DNA of 62,134 bases, filler included, from Globobulimina sp. (lineage: Eukaryota): the NCBI GenBank assembly GCA_003354225.1. It is 8 parts of 8 records of this genome, joined end to end, with 100 filler letters (N's around TTAATTAATTAA, not from the genome) between each part and the next. Parts side by side here need not be neighbours in the genome. Positions count along the whole stretch, not along the records: positions 1 to 7,730 come from PIVH01000127.1; positions 7,831 to 15,528 come from PIVH01000129.1; 6 more parts are not named here. One strand, written 5' to 3'. Position numbers and translations under genes: made by a program. The notes beneath the pieces are model-generated. The model searched no databases and was not told the origin of the DNA. It saw only the letters and a list, made by a program, of their open reading frames with translations. Below are positions 1-11,137 of the stretch, in pieces. Within the stretch, counting starts at the first letter, position 1. Each line of letters opens with the position of its first letter.

Positions 1-1
1 G

Positions 2-232
2 GCTTTTGAATCCTGGGATAAAACCGCGACGGCGAATGGGTATCAGATTCTTGTGGGCTTACCAGCCACGGCCAATGCCGGCGGAGGTCATATCTCAGCG
101 AGTGCGGCTTGTAATTTATTACCACGATTGAAAACATATAAATCATTCGGTGGCTATATGATTTGGGATACATCATGGGACAGCACAGATAATTATGCAT
201 TGTCGAAAGGACTTAGAAGTTGTATGGGATAG
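2..232 (+). CDS. GH18 class III (hevamine-like) chitinase, C-terminal fragment (5'-truncated)
   Basis: Manual translation of frame 2: AFESWDK...ILVGLPATANAGGGHIS...LPRLKTYKSFGGYMIWDTSWDS...CMG*. The 'lGLPA' and 'fGGvMlWd' motifs are typical of class III chitinase C-termini. Not in the ORF track. Confidence 0.75.
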   Translation, partial: AFESWDKTATANGYQILVGLPATANAGGGHISASAACNLLPRLKTYKSFGGYMIWDTSWDSTDNYALSKGLRSCMG

Positions 233-473
233 TTGTTTGTGTGTTTAGTAAGTATTAATTGATAAATATTGCGTTAATAAATATTAAAAACAGCCACAAT
301 TAATCGTAACGTCGACGGTTCTTAACTTTTTTTCTGCAGAGACTGAGTCTACTTTTGAATTTTCTGTGTACAAAGGGGGTGGGGGTTATCCAATGGAATA
401 TCCTTCAGTGAGTAAATGTCACCCAAAAACTTTACTTTTTTTTTGGATGCACTTCTACAAACTTCAAAGCTTA

Positions 474-2336
474 TTATTTGTTAAACAAACTGAAATCATT
501 AATCATTACCAAATCAGTATTCTCATCATTACAATATGCTCGATCTGGATGAATAAACGTGATTGGACAATATCTCCCACTCCCAACAGTACTCCCCATT
601 GATTTACTTGCTGATAATTGTTTTGATGACGACAACAATCCATTCCTCGACCCACTCTCAATCACATCATCATTTACACTCACTTTCAACTCATACATAA
701 CACCATCAAATGTTACATCCTCTTCCTCAAATGTATCCAAATCAATATCATCCACACTATGGACACCGCTAAATTTACCATTCACCTTCCTCCCGCTCCC
801 AGTGTTTGCTTTTAATGTTTTCAACGAAAACGCAGACGAAGAGCTCCTACTTTTAGCATCATAGTCACACAAGAAAATATGCGCAGGATCACTGTAATTA
901 TATTTTGCTTGTTGGAACAGCGACAAATGATATAATAAAATCCCATTCGCATTGAATAACAGCGCACCTAATCGATGCTTTATACCTAAGTGATATATCT
1001 CCAATATCCCGCGTGGTGCAATATATATCACCAACAGCAAGGTGTTGTCCACTGTCCATGGCAATGAAAAGGAGGTCAACTTTGATTGCAACGATGTGCC
1101 CGATTTCGCTGTAAATGATACGTTAATATCATTATAATGCGTCTGCACACGAGATTGGTCCAATTGTATCCAGCCACATTGCGCTCCGCGACACCCTTTA
1201 AACATGCGCACAATGCACAATGTCTTGCAATCCAATACGCAAATCCTTCCATAGGAGTCTATAATGGCCGCATATCTGCGCAAAGGGGACAAAATAATCT
1301 GTTCCATTCTCCTATTTTCATCGCTAAACACACATTGTATATGATATCGGGTGCCGAGCGAATCGCGGATAGATTGTTGAGCAGATTCGCGTGCATTGAT
1401 GTGATCATTATGAGATTCAATGTGTGGCGTCGGTGTCTGTGTGGTTGTGGTGGCGGTGGAATTGCCCCAAAAGGAAAACATATTTAATGACATGGAGTTT
1501 GATACTAAATTCAATGCGGATTTCACCAATTTATTTGCGCCTTGTTTGATTTGACGGACACCGAACTCTTTGGAGGATTGCTCGATTTGTACGTATGTGA
1601 GACAGGGCTCGTAACCGATGATGAGGAGATATATTTGATTGGATGTATATAAATTAAGTGGGGGCTCCGGGTCTAAAATGGATGCTTTTATGCCGTGTTT
1701 CATTAAATCGATGGGTGGGATGCTTATGATGTCAATTATTTCGCGTGGTGGGTCGGTAAGGATTATTTTTTTAGGGGTCCATAGTGTTTCTGTTACGGAG
1801 TTCAGGTCATTTAATGTGTGGCGTAAAGAGTGTGATAAGGTTTTGTAGATCGTATCTGCAGTGATGTATAATAAATGAGATTGACAGTTTAGTATTAAAG
1901 AGGGAGAGTAGGAATAGAAGCAATTGTCGAAATGGATGGAGATGGATTTGATTGGTGTATTGGAGATATTTTGAGTGAAGAAAATATTGCAATTGATATC
2001 CATTACGTGTATGGTGCCGTTGTTGTAGCCGATGACTAAGGAATATTGGATTTTATTCTTGGTTTTTATGGATTTGGACGAGGTGGGAATGGTAATGAAT
2101 TTGAGTGTGTTTGGTTTGGAGGGGAGTTTGTTGGATATTTTATGTTTTGGTTGGGTGTTTAATCGAACAATGTGGATTTTGTATGATGTTGATATGATCA
2201 GTTCGTCTTCTTCAATTAAATAGGCAAATATTGTTTGATGCTCGTTTATGGAGTGTAGTTTGGCATTTGATGGGAATGAGAACTCCATTTCGTTAAATGA
2301 CACGTTGGAGGGAGGGATGCTTAACGACGCCATCAT
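474..2336 (-). CDS. RAB3GAP2: Rab3 GTPase-activating protein non-catalytic subunit, N-terminal-domain protein
   Basis: 620-aa ORF with LSPLRRYAAIIDSYGRICVLD...IVRMFKGCRGAQCGWI and LVIYIAPRGILEIY, matching the RAB3GAP2_N signature (D.fGRv.l.D...iRmwKGyRdAq.gW; LviYaprRGilEvw). Confidence 0.8.
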   Translation of the reverse strand: MMASLSIPPSNVSFNEMEFSFPSNAKLHSINEHQTIFAYLIEEDELIISTSYKIHIVRLNTQPKHKISNKLPSKPNTLKFITIPTSSKSIKTKNKIQYSLVIGYNNGTIHVMDINCNIFFTQNISNTPIKSISIHFDNCFYSYSPSLILNCQSHLLYITADTIYKTLSHSLRHTLNDLNSVTETLWTPKKIILTDPPREIIDIISIPPIDLMKHGIKASILDPEPPLNLYTSNQIYLLIIGYEPCLTYVQIEQSSKEFGVRQIKQGANKLVKSALNLVSNSMSLNMFSFWGNSTATTTTQTPTPHIESHNDHINARESAQQSIRDSLGTRYHIQCVFSDENRRMEQIILSPLRRYAAIIDSYGRICVLDCKTLCIVRMFKGCRGAQCGWIQLDQSRVQTHYNDINVSFTAKSGTSLQSKLTSFSLPWTVDNTLLLVIYIAPRGILEIYHLGIKHRLGALLFNANGILLYHLSLFQQAKYNYSDPAHIFLCDYDAKSRSSSSAFSLKTLKANTGSGRKVNGKFSGVHSVDDIDLDTFEEEDVTFDGVMYELKVSVNDDVIESGSRNGLLSSSKQLSASKSMGSTVGSGRYCPITFIHPDRAYCNDENTDLVMINDFSLFNK

Positions 2337-2391
2337 TCTCTCTAATCAACTGATGGTTTCTTTAAAGTTTTTTATTAAAATAGTATAGCAA

Positions 2392-4150
2392 TCAAAAGTT
2401 ACAAACAAATTGATTGATAATACATGAGCTTTGCCAGATATTTAATCCAATGTAGCCATTCAACAAACTTGATGCAAAAGTGATTGTATAATTAGTTACC
2501 AATGTATCATTTAAAAAAACTGTCACATATCGGTTATTCTCATAAAAATTGACTTGCAGTTCATACCAAATATCATTGCCAATATTACCATTATTAACTA
2601 GAAAATATTGTGTATACGGATTAAACTTAAAAAATTTGACACCGCCTCCTTTCGATAAACCATGATCTAAAAACATATTTATTCCAAATGCAGAATTCCA
2701 AATATTCAGCTCATCCATGTTATTATCAACACCAAATACCACAGCAATGGCTGACCCATCACGAGTTATTGTGGATCGACCGGAGGTTGGATTACCATCA
2801 GATGTTACCAACTTAAATACAATCTGACACTTCCAATTTGCGTTATTTTGTGATACATTATTTGTCAAAAAAAAGAATTATTCATTGGATTGCCTGCAAA
2901 CAAATTATTACTAAACGAAGGCAATAAATTCCAAAACACTGATTCATTATAAACAACATCAATATCGTCATTCTGTTTATTTTCCATTGCAGCAAATTCT
3001 AAGTTTGTATCAAATGCACATTTTTTTGGTATCTTAATCGGAATTGGTAACTTCATTGAAGTTGGAGCATTATCAAAGTTATCATAAAAAGTTAATTCTC
3101 TCAAATATACGCCGCCTTCATTCCATCCTGCTCCACTTTTTATGAATTAAAAGGAATAATATTATGTCCAAAAATGGAAATGTTATCAGGTAACTTACCT
3201 TAAATACCATTTGCCATTAGAATCACGCACCACTTCTGCAGCGTGCATGTCACCAAATATTGCAATCTCTTGAGCGGAATTATCAGTCACAGATAGAGCC
3301 AAAGTAATATGAGTTATTTGAATAAAATGCACGTGTTGTTGAATAATTATACCATGGTCCAGTAAATAAGTAATAGTTATCATTCCGTTGAATGACAAAT
3401 GGTGACTCACAAGAACCACCGAAATTGCGTCCAGTATATCCACAGTTGAACACAATGGATGCGGTTTTATTCCATGAACGAATATCAAACAAGTTGTTGG
3501 ATTGTCTTAGCAACACTGTATGTGCTACATTAGCTATATTCTCATTATTTGGTCGTGTTGCAGTATAATAGAGATGCCATAGCAACGTATTATTATCATA
3601 AAACAACATTGGATCTCTTGCATCAACGCCATCAACGAATAATGTGCCCATTCTTTTCCATTCATATAAATCGGTTGAATATGCAGCGCGAATTAAAGCT
3701 TCACTGCGATTGTATCCGCCGCCACAATACACCATAATATAGCAACGTTTGCTATTTTCTTTATTTATTTCGCTGTTACATGAATAATTATAATCGGTAA
3801 CATCTAAAATATGCGGAGCCCATAAATGCGTTTCTGGAGATTCAGCGCCTAAAATGAATGGTTGCTGCTTGAATGTTTGTGGATCATTATAAAGAACTGT
3901 CGTATGTAGCTGAGTGCGCGAAATTTACTTCAAATGATGGATCTGCAGGATTTGTATGTGATATTCCGATAATGTTCCAATTGGTTCCTAAGATAAATGT
4001 GTGATCATTCACATAGAATAATGATGCTGTGTCGGGATCATATACTTTGAATATCGGCCCTGCTTTGATCAATGTATCGGATAAATAAGCATCAAACACG
4101 ATTGAATTTAGTAAGAAATAAACTAATACCAATACTTGGTTAGCCGTCAT
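2392..4150 (-). pseudogene. Secreted five-bladed beta-propeller glycoside hydrolase (GH32/GH43-like) with a C-terminal beta-sandwich/lectin-like domain; three frame breaks and one intron
   Basis: Signal peptide, then motifs VNDHTF, HLWAPHI, DARDPM, CESPFVI, MHAAEVV and GAGWNEGGVYL, spread over ORFs 3887-4150, 3283-3735, 3195-3488, 2865-3104 and 2392-2868. GT-AG intron at 3136-3198. Frame breaks near 3890, 3285 and 2868 (a T8 run). Either a pseudogene or sequencing errors. Confidence 0.65.
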
Positions 4151-4195
4151 TTTTAAGCGATGTCTCGAAAACTTTTTGACTAAACTCTTTGCGTC

Positions 4196-5800
4196 ATGTC
4201 AACTCCTAAAACAAGCAACGCAATCTCAGGAAAGAAACGCAAACTCGAAGAAACTAACGACACAAAAGAAGACCTGCCACCATCAAAATACTTACGTGCA
4301 GCCACATTAGATCCAAACATTGGTACAAAATGTCCATACCTCGACCAAATAAGTCGTAAAGCACTAGATTTCGATTTTGAGAAAGTATGTTCCGTAACAA
4401 TGATAAACCACAACGTATATGGATGTTTAGTATGTGGTGCATATTTTGCAGGGCGTAACAAAAACTCCCCGGCATACTTCCATTCCTTACAAGAGAATCA
4501 TAAAATATTTATCCATTTGGATAACGGTAAAATATACTGTTTACCGGATGATTATCGCGTAATTGACCCCTCTCTCAATGATATCAAACATAATTTATAT
4601 CCTACATTCACTGCAAATGAAATATATAATTTAGACAATTTAACCGAATATTCCCATGCCTTAAATGACTGTGATTATCTGCCTGGCATCATTGGCTTAA
4701 ATAATCTAAACAACACAGATTGGTTAAATGTGGTCCTTCAATCTCTAATGAGAGTGAAACCATTACGTAATTACTTCATAAATCCGAGCAACTACACCAA
4801 CAAAAACGGTATAAATAAATTATTAGTCACCAGATTCGGTGAATTAGTCCGAAAATATTTCAATTCGCGCAATTTTAAAGGACAGGTATCACCGCACGAA
4901 TTATTACAAGCAATCTCGTTGGAATCGCACAAAAAGTTTCAAATTGGTAAGAAATCCGACCCCTTAGCGTTTTTAGCGTTTTTTTTGAATCAATTACATA
5001 GAGATTTGGGCGGTAATAAAAAACATAATTCCTCCATAATATCGCAAGCATTTCAAGGTTTAGTGGCGGTGACCACTTATAAACCCACCAAAAGAGCGAA
5101 AGATAAAAATAATAATAACCCGAACCTTGCACCAAACTATGAAATCACCACAGAGAATAAACCATTTTTTTATTTATTGTTGGATTTGCCAACGATGCCG
5201 CTATTCAAAGATAGCGAGGAAACCAAATTTATTCCACAAATACCGCTGCCTCAATTGTTAAATAAATTTAATAATACCATCTATGAGGAACTGCCCGATG
5301 GAACTAAGAAAAAATATAAATTTGTCCGTTTGCCGCCGTATTTATTAATTGCATATCGGAGGTTTCATGAAAATAACTTTTTGGTAGAGAAGAATTCGAC
5401 CATTGTTGGCTTTGTATTGAAAAATTTGGATTTGAGGGAATATTTGTTTCCATTTGAATGTGACAGGGAGGAATTGAATGGATGGAAAGTGAAAAAATTA
5501 AAAAAGAGGTTACTGAAATTGGGAGGTAATGAGGTGGATAATATTATTGATAAGAAAGAGTTGGTCGGGGAGATAATGCATAGGTTTCCCGACAAAAAAA
5601 GGTGGAAAACAAAATATGATTTGATTGCGCAAATTGTGCATGATGGGAAGGAATATCATGCCGGGAACAATAAGTCGTTAATATACCATAAACCGAATAA
5701 TATGTGGTATGAAATGCAAGATTTACATGTTCAAGAAAGAATGCCGCAGTTAGTTGCTATCTCAGAGGCATATATTCAAACATGGGCAAGAAAGGATTAA
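4196..5800 (+). CDS. USP39: U4/U6.U5 tri-snRNP-associated protein 2 (inactive ubiquitin-specific peptidase 39, Sad1)
   Basis: CPYLDQI...LDFDFEKVCSVT...NVYGCLVCGAYFAGR zf-UBP; YLPGIIGLNN..NTD (catalytic Cys replaced by Asp, as in USP39); SPHELLQA; WYEMQDLHV...SEAYIQTW. Confidence 0.95.
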   Translation: MSTPKTSNAISGKKRKLEETNDTKEDLPPSKYLRAATLDPNIGTKCPYLDQISRKALDFDFEKVCSVTMINHNVYGCLVCGAYFAGRNKNSPAYFHSLQENHKIFIHLDNGKIYCLPDDYRVIDPSLNDIKHNLYPTFTANEIYNLDNLTEYSHALNDCDYLPGIIGLNNLNNTDWLNVVLQSLMRVKPLRNYFINPSNYTNKNGINKLLVTRFGELVRKYFNSRNFKGQVSPHELLQAISLESHKKFQIGKKSDPLAFLAFFLNQLHRDLGGNKKHNSSIISQAFQGLVAVTTYKPTKRAKDKNNNNPNLAPNYEITTENKPFFYLLLDLPTMPLFKDSEETKFIPQIPLPQLLNKFNNTIYEELPDGTKKKYKFVRLPPYLLIAYRRFHENNFLVEKNSTIVGFVLKNLDLREYLFPFECDREELNGWKVKKLKKRLLKLGGNEVDNIIDKKELVGEIMHRFPDKKRWKTKYDLIAQIVHDGKEYHAGNNKSLIYHKPNNMWYEMQDLHVQERMPQLVAISEAYIQTWARKD

Positions 5801-6208
5801 TGGGCAAGAAAGCTTGTTTCTGTCAAACATATTGTGCTTTATCATTAATATTCAAACTGGAATTTTGTTGAACTTGTTCCAGTTCCAACAAGTATGGTGT
5901 TACTTGGTCATCTTACAACTCAGCTTTAAAATGGTCTATTCTCATCCCACCCTCTTATAAGAAATAGGTGTTCGATAACAAATTAAAGTTTAGGTCACAT
6001 CATCTGAACTTGCACTTGAAACGCTGCAGTCACAACTATTGTAGACTTGCGAATATTTGCAGTGTATTGTTTCAGTTGTACATACAACCTTGTTTTAGAT
6101 TTATTGCATGGCTAAAATATTATGTTATGTTAAATATAAACTGTGTTTAAAAAAAAATAAAACCCAAAGTAAACACATTATAATCATATAATAAAAATAA
6201 ATATATAT

Positions 6209-7690
6209 TTATCTCGAGACACTACATTTACAATATTGCGGATTAAAAAATTGCATTTTATATTGACGTGTTTTATTTCTCTCATCAATCGCATTTTGTA
6301 ATTTGTTTAAATTGCCATGAAATCTTTCATAAATCTCTTTCACTTCACACGATTTATCATCGTTTACAAATAAATAACTCCAATCTTCTGTAATTTTTGG
6401 TTGTGGTGTACTAGTACTCGCAGCTAATCCCACTAATTGAGCATAGCCTTCATCAGTACAAATTTCTTTGTTTTTTTCTAATTTTGTACCAATCCAATCC
6501 GGAGATTGTAAATAATCACTGGTTTGACCCACTAATTCATGAATACCGGTGCCGTTACATATTAACTGCGATAAGACATTGATAAAATCTTCTTTTGTAT
6601 TAATAGCACCGTGATCAAAACCTAAATGTTTCTGTAAATTTGTCGCAAATAACTTAACATTTTGATCATTAAATAATTCGTTTGTGTTTCCGTAATATAT
6701 ATCAATAAAACTACTAACAAAATCCCTAATAACTTCCCAAAATTCATTACAATCTTTATATAACGGAAAAAAATTATCATTCTCTTTCCTCATACTTTCA
6801 TCCACAAAATCCGGTAACATTCTAAATTTATAATTCATTGTACTATAATTAAACAGACGCACAATTCCTGAATACTTAAAGGCCAACAATAGATCAAGAA
6901 CTCCGCCTTCATTTGTTAGGTTTTTTGCAGCTGCATAATTAATGAAACCTGTTCTATAAACAAATGGTTTAATAAAATGTCTTAATGGATGTTGGAGTGG
7001 TAAACTTTGGATATTACATTCATACAATGCTTGTGCTTCTGTATGATGGACTCGCCACAAATGATCAATCGTGGTAACTGCAACAAATGCAGAGGTTTTA
7101 TAGATCCATTTGCTATGATTCCATTTTGAATTATCGTTGTCTTTGACTGCAGCAATATATTCATCGGTTGCACTGCAATAAATACCAACAATTTTATACT
7201 CTGCATCAAAATATGCGGTGGCACCATATGCTTCATAGCCAGCTTCAACTTCAAATATGGAAAGAAAGCTAAAATCATGCATATAAGTTGCATACAGAGG
7301 TACATTGTTATTAATATTATAGTTGCCATCTTCTTCACTAATTTTCCGATCATCATCAACAATTTTTTTCATATAATGACAACCCAATCCACTGAATGCA
7401 AACTGTGCCAATGATTCATTTGAAATAAAATCATTATACTTGATATAAACAGGTGGCAAACGGTCTAATTCCACTTTTTTTGTGCGCTGTTCGTCCTCAT
7501 CTGATGTCGCAATATATTTCCCTAAATTTGGAACCAATACATTTTCATATTCAAAATCTTTAATAAATGGTTGAGTCATTGTTATTGTGGGTTGTTGCAA
7601 TTGACTTATTAATGAATGTGTATGAAATATCAATCTGGACGATTTATTACATTTTATTCCGTAGGCAGCTGCTTTGCGTAGTAAATGCAT
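6209..7690 (-). CDS. Lipoxygenase-like protein (catalytic domain, no obvious PLAT domain)
   Basis: WNHSKW...DHLWRVHH (HxxxxH iron ligands), LPLQHPLRHFIKPF...T..INY.A, TGIHELVG, I.ERN..R, and C-terminus P....SVSR. Confidence 0.75.
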   Translation of the reverse strand: MHLLRKAAAYGIKCNKSSRLIFHTHSLISQLQQPTITMTQPFIKDFEYENVLVPNLGKYIATSDEDEQRTKKVELDRLPPVYIKYNDFISNESLAQFAFSGLGCHYMKKIVDDDRKISEEDGNYNINNNVPLYATYMHDFSFLSIFEVEAGYEAYGATAYFDAEYKIVGIYCSATDEYIAAVKDNDNSKWNHSKWIYKTSAFVAVTTIDHLWRVHHTEAQALYECNIQSLPLQHPLRHFIKPFVYRTGFINYAAAKNLTNEGGVLDLLLAFKYSGIVRLFNYSTMNYKFRMLPDFVDESMRKENDNFFPLYKDCNEFWEVIRDFVSSFIDIYYGNTNELFNDQNVKLFATNLQKHLGFDHGAINTKEDFINVLSQLICNGTGIHELVGQTSDYLQSPDWIGTKLEKNKEICTDEGYAQLVGLAASTSTPQPKITEDWSYLFVNDDKSCEVKEIYERFHGNLNKLQNAIDERNKTRQYKMQFFNPQYCKCSVSR

Positions 7691-7730
7691 TGTATCTATT
7701 TTGAGTGTGTAAGTAGAGGTAAACGTTGCA

Positions 7731-7830
7731 NNNNNNNNNNNNNNNNNNNNNNNNNNNNNNNNNNNNNNNNNNNNTTAATTAATTAANNNNNNNNNNNNNN
7801 NNNNNNNNNNNNNNNNNNNNNNNNNNNNNN
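7731..7830. other. Artificial contig linker N44-TTAATTAATTAA-N44 (also at 15529-15628, 23326-23425, 31111-31210, 38888-38987, 46649-46748, 54393-54492)
   Basis: An identical 100-nt spacer with all-frame stops occurs seven times. Contig lengths decrease monotonically: 7730, 7698, 7697, 7685, 7677, 7661, 7644, 7642. Confidence 0.98.
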
Positions 7831-8285
7831 AAATTTGTATACTATTTGTATACCGAAATTTGTATACTATTTGTATACCGAAATTTGTATACTATTTGTA
7901 TACCGAAATTTGTATATTATTTGTATACCGAAATTTGTATACAGAAATTTGTATATTATTTGTATACCGAAATTTGTATACTATTTGTATACCGAAATTT
8001 GTATACTATTTGTATACCGAAATTTGTATATTATTTGTATACCGAAATTTGTATATTATTTGTATACCGAAATTTGTATACAGAAATTTGTATACAGAAA
8101 TTTGTATATTATTTGTATACCGAAATTTGTATACTATTTATATACCGAAATTTGTATACTATTTGTATACCGAAATTTGTATATTATTTGTATACCGAAA
8201 TTTGTATACAGAAATTTGTATATTATTTTTATACTGAAATTTGTATACTATTTGTATACCGAAATTTGTATATTATTTGTATACC
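7831..8285. repeat. Minisatellite: 25-bp unit AAATTTGTATAYTATTTGTATACCG interspersed with a 14-bp unit AAATTTGTATACAG
   Basis: A directly visible tandem array that runs to the contig edge. It explains the three overlapping repetitive ORFs at 7835-8301. Confidence 0.95.
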
Positions 8286-8513
8286 TAAAGATTTAATTTA
8301 GTCACCAAAAATGTTTCGATAAGGGTAAAATATTTTACAATTCTCAACAATTAAAAATATGCAACCCTGCCCTCCTGCACCGGCCCTCTTGCTCTGGATC
8401 TTCTTGCCTCTTTCACCAGGGGCACTGCATCTTGTAATCTTGCCTCTGGGTCTATCGACCCGCCATGCAACTCTGTTGCCCCCCTATACATTGATAATAA
8501 TAATCCCTTTCAA

Positions 8514-9513
8514 ATGTTAATAAATGACAACGAAGAAAATTTCAATAATTTCATATCATCTTTAAAAGCAGAATCAAATAAAATGGATAATGTTAAGACA
8601 TATAGTTCTCAGGTAAATATCGGCTCGGTTTTATCGGCAATTATTGCAAATATCGCAATTTTTAATTTTGATATAAATACTCCCGCAAATAAGCATGGTA
8701 CAATTAAAGCATATATTAAATATATTGGACATTTAGATAATGAAAAATTTAACCGGTTATACCCAAAAATGTTAAATTCTGTGATGAATAATTTAATTCA
8801 AACCTGTATAATTGACAAAAATAGAAACATATTAAACTTAAATAAATATATTACCACCTTAACAAACAGACAAATTCCAACTGGATTAATTCAGAATAAT
8901 TCTCCCTCCACAAATTCCAACACGATTTCCAACAATTTTGAACCTCCCCGAAAAAGAAGGAAATTAAATAATTCTCAACAAAGTAACACGAATCAACAGT
9001 TTGCACCTAATTTCCCCACAAATTATACAAATAATACAGCACGAAATTCACAGCAAAGGCCCCTAAATCCCCTCACAAACAATTCGCAAACAGCGCTAAT
9101 TCCATATAACCATCATCCAAATTATCAAAATAATGCTGTTAATACAAGAAAAGTAAATCCTCAGCCCATTACAGCAGCAGATTTAGCCACGTTACGTGAT
9201 GATATGACACGTGAATTCCAACAAAAATTCGAAGAAAATAAACGTTTACAAAATAGAATTAATTATAACAATAAACCAAAATTTGACTACAATAATGATG
9301 ATCCAAATACTGTCGAATGCCTCGAATCTGTAAACACAAACAAAATCACAGGATTTATAATTGACAAACAAAAAAAACAAGATCCCATTGTCGTAATGGT
9401 AGACCAAGTCGTTGCAAAACAAAAAAACAAAACAATTACCAAATTAAATAATTTATTAAATACTAAATATACCCCATCGGATGTTTTAACAGATGTTTTA
9501 ACAGAATTAGAAA
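8514..9513 (+). CDS. Element A ORF1 (putative common 5' exon; N-terminal part of Gag-like protein)
   Basis: Homologous to element B ORF1 (AIIANIAIFNF/AILVNIYLFNF; IIDKNRNILNLNKY/IIDKNGYIINLKKY; KPKFDYN/KPTFEWN). Ends ...ELE A|GTTAAT with a phase-1 donor at 9514. The frame is open upstream to 8355 without an ATG, so the 5' part may be missing. Confidence 0.75.
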
Positions 9514-9779
9514 GTTAATACCTTTATATTTCTATTTCTCTCAAATTTTATAATGTTTGCAATGACTTTGGTATAATTTTTAATTGTTTCTGGCGCTTAG
9601 TCTGTGACTTTAAATCACTTCTTACGATTGATACTTTTATTAAATTCACCACCGATTATTAATCTCATTTATATTATACAACAACCGCAATACTTCCATG
9701 TTTACAATGTGTTTCTGTTAGTTTTGTGAATCTTGCTTTAAAATTTCTAAATGCTGTAGTCAAATATTACTTTATTTAG

Positions 9780-10831
9780 ATGGCAATTTTAATTTGGCAA
9801 ATATAATTAAATTATATTCACCGACAAATTCTTCCAAAATAAAAACCATAATAACAAAAAATGATAAATTTGCTGTCAAAATTGAATTAATTTTATTTTT
9901 CAGTGGATTTGTATCGGATGACTTTACTGTTTATGATCTTTATTATAAAATATTTAAATATTTGGATCCTAAAATTAAAAATATTGATCATTTTTCAGTC
10001 TCAAAAGAGTTAAAATCGCTATTTAAAAACAAATGGAATGCATTCAATATGAATCTTTTTATCATTTCATTTATCAAATTGATCTCCGACAGTTTAAGCC
10101 TATTAATACCAACCGATAAAGATCTACAATTATTGTTTCGTACTATTCGTATATTTTGTATGTATAAAATGTTCGATTTAACAAAATATGCCGAATTATT
10201 AATACCATTAATTAAAAATGACCGAATATCAGCTCCAACATTATTTGCTTGGATAAACAAAGGAATTAAGCATGCTTTGGACAGAAATAATTCTTTTTAT
10301 ATTACATTCTCTTCAAATATTATGCAATCTCAATTAACAATGAATAATAAATCATCATTAGACCAATTATTGTCGTCCACATTTTTATTTTATGATAAAT
10401 CTGAATTTTATGAGAAATCCGATAATGTTTTAAATATATTACAAAATGCGTTGATTTTAGATAAGTTAAATGCAGGTATTTCCCCTAAATCCGGTGCCTT
10501 TTATGATAAACAGGTAAAAAATACAAATAATTATAATAAAACATGGTCAAATTACAAACCAAATAAACCGAACATTAATAAACCAAATAATAATCCAAAT
10601 AACATTAAAAATGAACCTCCGAAAAAGAACCGCAATTTAAATCCAAAAGCAGCTGAAAAAGTAATCCAAAATTTATTATCAAAAACAGGCACTTCATTTT
10701 CATTAAACAGCAAATATTGTTGCTTTTATAATGCATATAATTATTGCCGATTAGGCGAAAAATGTCCAAGATCGCATATTTGTATTATTGATAATAAAAA
10801 TCATCCATTAATGAAATGTGACAAAATTTAG
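9780..10831 (+). CDS. Element A Gag-like exon with C-terminal CCCH-type zinc finger
   Basis: The ORF-track start is a TTG, with no ATG at the conserved start. Acceptor TTTATTTAG|AT GGC AAT. C-terminus CCFYNAYNYCRLGEKCPRSHICIIDNKNHPLMKC resembles the DIRS/Ngaro Gag zinc finger. Confidence 0.8.
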
Positions 10832-11137
10832 CCAATTATATCATTTATATGAATATTCATTGATATCTTTATAAAAATTCTTAATATTTGCTCTACATTT
10901 TTATTTATCTAATTATGAATGGATAATATTAAAGATTATTACTAAAATATTAATTGTCTTATTCTAAATTAATTTTTCCAACATTTTTTCAATTTTTTTC
11001 CTACATTTTTTGTTATTTAAATTTCTATCATTAATTTTAAAAATTTGTTAATATTAATATTTATGTTAATATTACTTTGTTTGTTGTATAAAATGTTTGT
11101 GAGTCAATAATATCTACTCTGTACATACTAATCTCAG

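Noticed and set aside
7775-7786. Recurrent TTAATTAATTAA motif about every 7.7 kb
   Set aside because: It is an artificial all-frame-stop linker within N runs; the spacing reflects size-sorted contigs.
7831-8285. Regular repeat array as a CRISPR array or as repetitive proteins (ORFs 7835-8301)
   Set aside because: The units are contiguous with no unique spacers and no cas genes nearby. The ORFs arise because a stop-free 25-bp unit rotates through all three frames.
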